From sequence record SRR31156797_5420: a stretch of 42,042 nucleotides of DNA, one strand, 5' to 3'. The position numbers and the translations under genes are program-made. Under the pieces are notes generated by a model. That model was not told the origin of the DNA. It worked only from the letters and a program-made list of their open reading frames with translations, and did not search any database. Within the stretch, counting starts at the first letter, position 1. Every line of letters starts with the position of its first letter. Positions 37,793 through 42,042 of the stretch are shown here, piece by piece.

Positions 37793-37995
37793 GGCCGCTT
37801 TCATGCGGCCTTATCTTATTGGGAAGATGTGCCTTCGGCGATAGTCATTGCTGGGTGCTGAAGTACCCAACGTTTTCCATGTCCTGCCGGGCGGGCCCCC
37901 TTTTTTCGCCTCAAAAAAAATAGGTCGCCGTGAAGGCGAAAGCATTGTAATAATTTCGTTTGCATTTTTACTGCGAAAGCTCGCAACGCCCACAA
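37793..37995. repeat. Hairpin-rich intergenic element between convergent genes
   Basis: Successive small stem-loops: GGCCGC/GCGGCC, GCC-ttc-GGC, TGGGTGCT/AGTACCCA, CGCC-gtgaa-GGCG. Confidence 0.35.
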
Positions 37996-38002
37996 ACAAA
38001 GA

Positions 38003-39280
38003 TTATTGTGTCGGGTCGATGTAGTAGGTGATTTTCGCTCTGGGCGAGAGGTAATCGTGGGCTTCTTGTGATAGTTGAGCCAATCGGATGGATTTTTCGA
38101 CCTTGAGATCTGACTCATCCGCTAGATCAACGATGAGGGCTTCTTTCTTGGGAACATCGGGGTCGTACAACATGACACTCGGATTGAGCTGATTCTTCGG
38201 ATTTACAGCCATGACCATGCCTATGTCGCCGTTTGACAACTCGACGACTGTACCCGGTGGGTACACGCCCAGACAGCGGATGAACAGGGCCAGGTTCTCC
38301 ACATCATAAATGTGTTTTTGGTGGCCAAACATGTAGGACAGGGCAAGGTACGGAGTCATGGAGTTCATGGGATCGGCATGGTTGCAGTGGTTATCGTAAG
38401 CGTCTGCAATAGCCACAATGCGGGCAAGCCTGTTAATCTCATCCCCGTGAAGTTCCTCCGGGTATCCTGAGCCGTCCATACATTCGTGATGCTGGGCTAC
38501 GATGGTCACAACTTCTTGTGGGAAAAGATCAATATCGGCCAGTAATCCTGCGCCGAAAGCAGGGTGCTGCTCCATGATCTCCTGCTCTGGTCGAGTCAAT
38601 TCACCACGTTTTTTCAGGATTTTTTTAGGGATGCGGTCCTTGCCGATGTCGTGGAAGAGTGCGCCCAGACCGAGAGCGGTCATTTCCCTTTCGGTCAACC
38701 CGGCTTCTTTACCCACGATCATGGCGAGCACAGCGACATTCATCGGATGGGAGTAAGTAGCCTCTTCCTTACTCATGACATGCATCAAGTGCAGAGTGGA
38801 TTCTCGGTCGTTCAGGAAATAATCGGTTAACCTGTCCACAAATCCAATAGATTCCTGCAGGGATTCAATGTTGCCGCCGAGAACGCCTTTGAGGATGGAG
38901 TTGAAAGCCTTGATGCAGACAGCGAAGCGTTTTTCACACAGTGCGATGTGTTCTTTTTTCTGTCGAAGACGGACTGTCCGTTCATTTTTGATTTCCCACA
39001 GGTGGTCGATGACTTCCTGAGAGAGTTCTTTATCAATATCTGGTTGCGGAGGAGTTTTCTCAGTCGGTTTAAGGGGCAGAACGTCACTTTTTTCCGGGAT
39101 GCAGATCACATGGGAAATTCCCAGTTTTTGGATAAGCGCGACCTGTTTTTGGTCTTTGATCTTGAAGTTGCTGAACAAAAAAGGATGATCAAACCAGCTT
39201 GTTTTTTCCAGTCTGATGAAAACCCCTGGCCTTAGTTGGCTCACGGGGATTCTGTATTCTGTGTTGTTTTTGTTCACCAT
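38003..39280 (-). CDS. HD-GYP c-di-GMP phosphodiesterase with N-terminal DUF3391-like domain
   Basis: WFDHPFLFSNFKI N-domain; HDIGK, HHE, GSGYP, ADAYD, GVYPPGT; start uncertain (39280 or 39313). Confidence 0.88.
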   Translation of the reverse strand: MVNKNNTEYRIPVSQLRPGVFIRLEKTSWFDHPFLFSNFKIKDQKQVALIQKLGISHVICIPEKSDVLPLKPTEKTPPQPDIDKELSQEVIDHLWEIKNERTVRLRQKKEHIALCEKRFAVCIKAFNSILKGVLGGNIESLQESIGFVDRLTDYFLNDRESTLHLMHVMSKEEATYSHPMNVAVLAMIVGKEAGLTEREMTALGLGALFHDIGKDRIPKKILKKRGELTRPEQEIMEQHPAFGAGLLADIDLFPQEVVTIVAQHHECMDGSGYPEELHGDEINRLARIVAIADAYDNHCNHADPMNSMTPYLALSYMFGHQKHIYDVENLALFIRCLGVYPPGTVVELSNGDIGMVMAVNPKNQLNPSVMLYDPDVPKKEALIVDLADESDLKVEKSIRLAQLSQEAHDYLSPRAKITYYIDPTQ

Positions 39281-39544
39281 ATGAGTCAATTTTACCGCAT
39301 TGGACAATAACATACAATAGCTTTCACTTGGGTGCAGAGAAATGTTTTTTTAACCGTATTTCTTTGGAGTGTAAAAAATTGCTTCCCAGAAAAAATGTAA
39401 AAGTGAGCATAGGGAGTATGCTTTTCAGAAAGCGTCAGAGAGTTTATTTGCAAAGTATATTAAAATGATTTATTTAACCGTTAGTTGTAAGTGTTTTCCA
39501 CACTCTTTCTATTCGGGAACATTGGCTTTTTAGGCGGTATTGTG

Positions 39545-40033
39545 ATGACTTCCAAGAGTTCGAAGGCACGAAGTCCTTTTGTTGTTGGTTCGATCACGGT
39601 CTTTTTTGTGCTGTTGATTGGAATTGTTGTTTTCAAGGTGGGACTTCTTACCTCAATGCAGGCGGCCGGCAACGGCTTATCTGGTTTGGTTTCCGTCAGG
39701 GGGTCTGTCAGTTTGGATGATTTGCGGCTTACCAAGGCCGAAGTCTCCACAATCAACAAGGCTGTCGATTTGCATCGCAACACATTCACCCAGATTATAT
39801 TGACGTTGCATGTCAAGGGTGGAACAGAGAAAATCAAAAAAAATACAGAGATGGCTTGGTCGTTGGCATTGGAAACCAGTGGCAATTGTGAAGTTCGGTC
39901 ATGGAATCGAAAGGTCAAGCGTGATAGACTCGTGAAGCAGATGGTTTCGTATATGGAGAAGGCTGCACGTGAGTACAAGGATTTCAAAAAGTTTCCCGAT
40001 GTAGAGCAAAATTTTAAGACCTTGTATATTTAA
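39545..40033 (+). CDS. Hypothetical membrane-anchored protein
   Basis: Open frame with one N-terminal TM, ending just before a terminator; start uncertain. Confidence 0.65.
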   Translation: MTSKSSKARSPFVVGSITVFFVLLIGIVVFKVGLLTSMQAAGNGLSGLVSVRGSVSLDDLRLTKAEVSTINKAVDLHRNTFTQIILTLHVKGGTEKIKKNTEMAWSLALETSGNCEVRSWNRKVKRDRLVKQMVSYMEKAAREYKDFKKFPDVEQNFKTLYI

Positions 40034-40052
40034 CGATATTTTCATAAATTTC

Positions 40053-40084
40053 AAAGGCCTCGAAGTCACTTCGGGGCCTTTTTT
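40053..40084. terminator. Bidirectional terminator
   Basis: AAAGGCCTCGAAG/CTTCGGGGCCTTT plus T-run. Confidence 0.75.
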
Positions 40085-40089
40085 GTGCT

Positions 40090-40482
40090 CTATTCCTGTT
40101 CCATGTCCTTGAGCAAAATGTTCAATGCTTCTATGGAGATGCGGATTTCCAGGAAGGATATGACAAGTGAAATAATGAGAAAAAGTAAACTGGTGCCAAA
40201 CAAGAGTTGTCCCGCAAACATCCAGTCCTGAAAAATGGAAACCATGGAGAATATGCAGGCAAGCATGGACATGACTCCGAAGCCCTGCATATGACGAATC
40301 ATGTGAACTCGTACCCGTAAGTTCTCGATTTGTTTACGTATGGAGTCATCTTTTGAATCTCTATATTGATCATGCAGGTTGCGGATACGGCTCCCCAGCG
40401 ACAGGAAGCGGTTGGTGAAAGCGAGCATGAAAAGAGATATTGCCGGGAAGAGGAGTGCGGGTGTAGTTACGGATATTTGCAT
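40090..40482 (-). CDS. DUF2721 family membrane protein
   Basis: TTPALLFPAISLFMLAFTNRFL and EIRISIEAL motifs; 3 TMs; start at 40482 after GGAG. Confidence 0.8.
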   Translation of the reverse strand: MQISVTTPALLFPAISLFMLAFTNRFLSLGSRIRNLHDQYRDSKDDSIRKQIENLRVRVHMIRHMQGFGVMSMLACIFSMVSIFQDWMFAGQLLFGTSLLFLIISLVISFLEIRISIEALNILLKDMEQE

Positions 40483-40739
40483 AGGGGGCTCCCTGAAAGA
40501 GCGCGTAGCGCGTATAATCAAAAGACGTTTGTTTCAAGGACACAATGACTGCACCCTGTGTCATCAGTATGACTTGATTTTATCGTATTTGATTTAGAAA
40601 GTGTACCCGATTTTTTGTCCGCAAAAAAAATAACTCTCCATGATATTCAAAGGTGCAAACGAGGATTTTCCATTGTCTTGTTAGTCTTTTGGCAGTGGAA
40701 AAGGCTGTCAAGCTGTCTCCCGCTTTGCCTTTTTTTCTC

Positions 40740-40889
40740 TTAAGAAGATTCCTTGTTCTTTTTGGTCTCATCAGTATCCACGGGCAGATTTTTTTTATCT
40801 TCTTCATAGTTCGGGAACATGGATTTGAGTCCACGTTTAAGGAAATTTTTCGGATTGCTATTACTGTTGATGCTTGTTCTGAATGTCAT
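40740..40889 (-). CDS. Putative small charged protein (49 aa)
   Basis: GGAG RBS; MTFRTSINSNSNPKNFLKRGLKSMFPNYEEDKKNLPVDTDETKKNKESS. Confidence 0.4.
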   Translation of the reverse strand: MTFRTSINSNSNPKNFLKRGLKSMFPNYEEDKKNLPVDTDETKKNKESS

Positions 40890-41121
40890 GGTTTCTCCAC
40901 TTCTTTATATCGTTAAGTACGCGTTTGCCATTTCATAATTCCCTCTTTGGGAGTTTTGTGACTCGCGACACGTAATTGATATCGACTTTCATTATCAAAC
41001 GCAAGTGCTATTATGATGCGAGCAGGATATTCTGTAGATATTCTATCTTTTCAAGTTGATAGCGTACGGTTTTTTAGCATGGATGCGTTGATTTAGATTC
41101 GCTGAATTTTGATTATTAATA

Positions 41122-41179
41122 AAATAAGGCCGCTTTTTGCGAATGCACTTTACGTGAATCACCAAAAGCGGCTTTATTT
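41122..41179. terminator. Orphan terminator-like inverted repeat beside the transposon end
   Basis: AAATAAGGCCGCTTTT...AAAAGCGGCTTTATTT; no gene in the window ends here. Confidence 0.55.
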
Positions 41180-41207
41180 AAGAGTTGTATTGTCGTGCTA
41201 CAACAGG

Positions 41208-41356
41208 TGTAGGCGGACAATAAAGTTGTTAACGCCACATCCCGCAAAGCAAGGTTTCACCGTGAGGTAAATCGCGTGTCGGACAATAAAGTTGTTAACT
41301 AAGTGGCAGGTGGGGCACAAAGTTCGTTAATCTTGTGACAATAAAGTTGTTAACTA
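41208..41356 (+). mobile_element. Tn7-like transposon left end; element continues beyond the window
   Basis: Terminus TGTAGGCGGACAATAAAGT (Tn7 end recalled as TGTGGGCGGACAATAAAGT); identical GACAATAAAGTTGTTAAC at 41216, 41282, 41337; degenerate copy near 41314. Confidence 0.85.
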
Positions 41357-41641
41357 GCTGTTATGGTTTTTTCTTCGCCTTCTCGTCGTTTGGCTGTTTT
41401 CCTATGACTTTTGAGTAAAGTCCAAGAAAGCTTGTGTGCGTACCGCAGCCAGCCAGTGCTGCATGTGTTCTGAGGACTCGAAGCCAGAGGGGGCCTCTAA
41501 ATGGATCCTTATTGGAGGTTCTTTTAATCATAGAAATTTTGATGTAACTTCCTATTTTCAATTCGGTAATGGACCAAGCGACCCGTCTACGAAAGCAGAA
41601 CGCTACATAAGAATGATCAACTTACTGGTGCCAAAATTATA

Positions 41642-41908
41642 ATGAGACATTATAAACGAACGATTATGAATATATTTATTGGCTTATATTCTGTTATAGC
41701 ATTTGTTGTCGCGATGCCTATTATGACGTGTGCATCTGTCGAGTTTGGGATAAAGACTGTAATTTTTATTGTTTTTGTTTTGTTTTGTTGCTTCATGTTA
41801 GCCATTACGTTTAATAAAAAATCATTAATGATTATTTTTGGAATTGCTACGATAATGAGTTTGTGGGGGGTGGGATTTGCATATTTTATTCTCCCTCGAC
41901 TAGCTTAG
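41642..41908 (+). CDS. Small AT-rich membrane protein (transposon cargo)
   Basis: 88 aa, about 3 hydrophobic segments; TAATG overlap with the upstream frame; terminator downstream. Confidence 0.6.
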   Translation: MRHYKRTIMNIFIGLYSVIAFVVAMPIMTCASVEFGIKTVIFIVFVLFCCFMLAITFNKKSLMIIFGIATIMSLWGVGFAYFILPRLA

Positions 41909-41965
41909 TACTGTAAGAATACGTGACACGGGGACACCGTCTAATTAGCTTCCAGGAACAATAGA

Positions 41966-41999
41966 AAAGAGGCCCGACTAAGCTCGGGTCTCTTTATTT
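41966..41999 (+). terminator. Rho-independent terminator
   Basis: AAAGAGGCCCGA/TCGGGTCTCTTT followed by ATTT. Confidence 0.7.
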
Positions 42000-42042
42000 G
42001 TCCTTTGACATAGTCTGACCATCACCACCGCCGAGGGCATCC

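Noticed and set aside
41240-41280. c-di-GMP-I riboswitch-like fragment (GCAAA...CCGTGAGG)
   Set aside because: It lacks the full two-hairpin architecture and lies between TnsB-type sites of the transposon end.
41216-41354. Three identical 18-bp repeats with 37-48 bp gaps as a mini CRISPR array
   Set aside because: The repeats are too short and unevenly spaced, begin 8 bp inside a TGT terminus, and match Tn7 TnsB sites; no cas genes are in the window.

Overview
A 42-kb chromosomal window that looks like a sulfate-reducing Desulfovibrionaceae genome (Pseudodesulfovibrio-like; inferred from gene content, not database-checked). Housekeeping genes (lpxK, rnr, ychF, class II fba, glnS) are interspersed with many signalling genes: a REC-GGDEF cyclase, an HD-GYP phosphodiesterase, a hybrid histidine kinase, a Cache-HAMP-PP2C phosphatase and six substrate-binding proteins with no permease nearby. 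Main findings: (1) a Tn7-like transposon left end starts at 41208 (TGT terminus, three 18-bp TnsB-type repeats) next to an orphan terminator, with the element running out of the window; (2) a nematode Gob-1-type trehalose-6-phosphate phosphatase lies beside a beta-PGM/GH65 phosphorylase fusion, which could form an OtsA-independent trehalose pathway; (3) a signal-peptide-bearing tandem rhodanese is fused to a plasmid RepL-like winged-helix domain inside a five-gene signalling operon flanked by two phage CII-like genes, one with a clear sigma-54 promoter and a 7-copy enhancer-like array; (4) several small ORFs missed by the ORF track, and a candidate anti-SD/GGA-rich small RNA.
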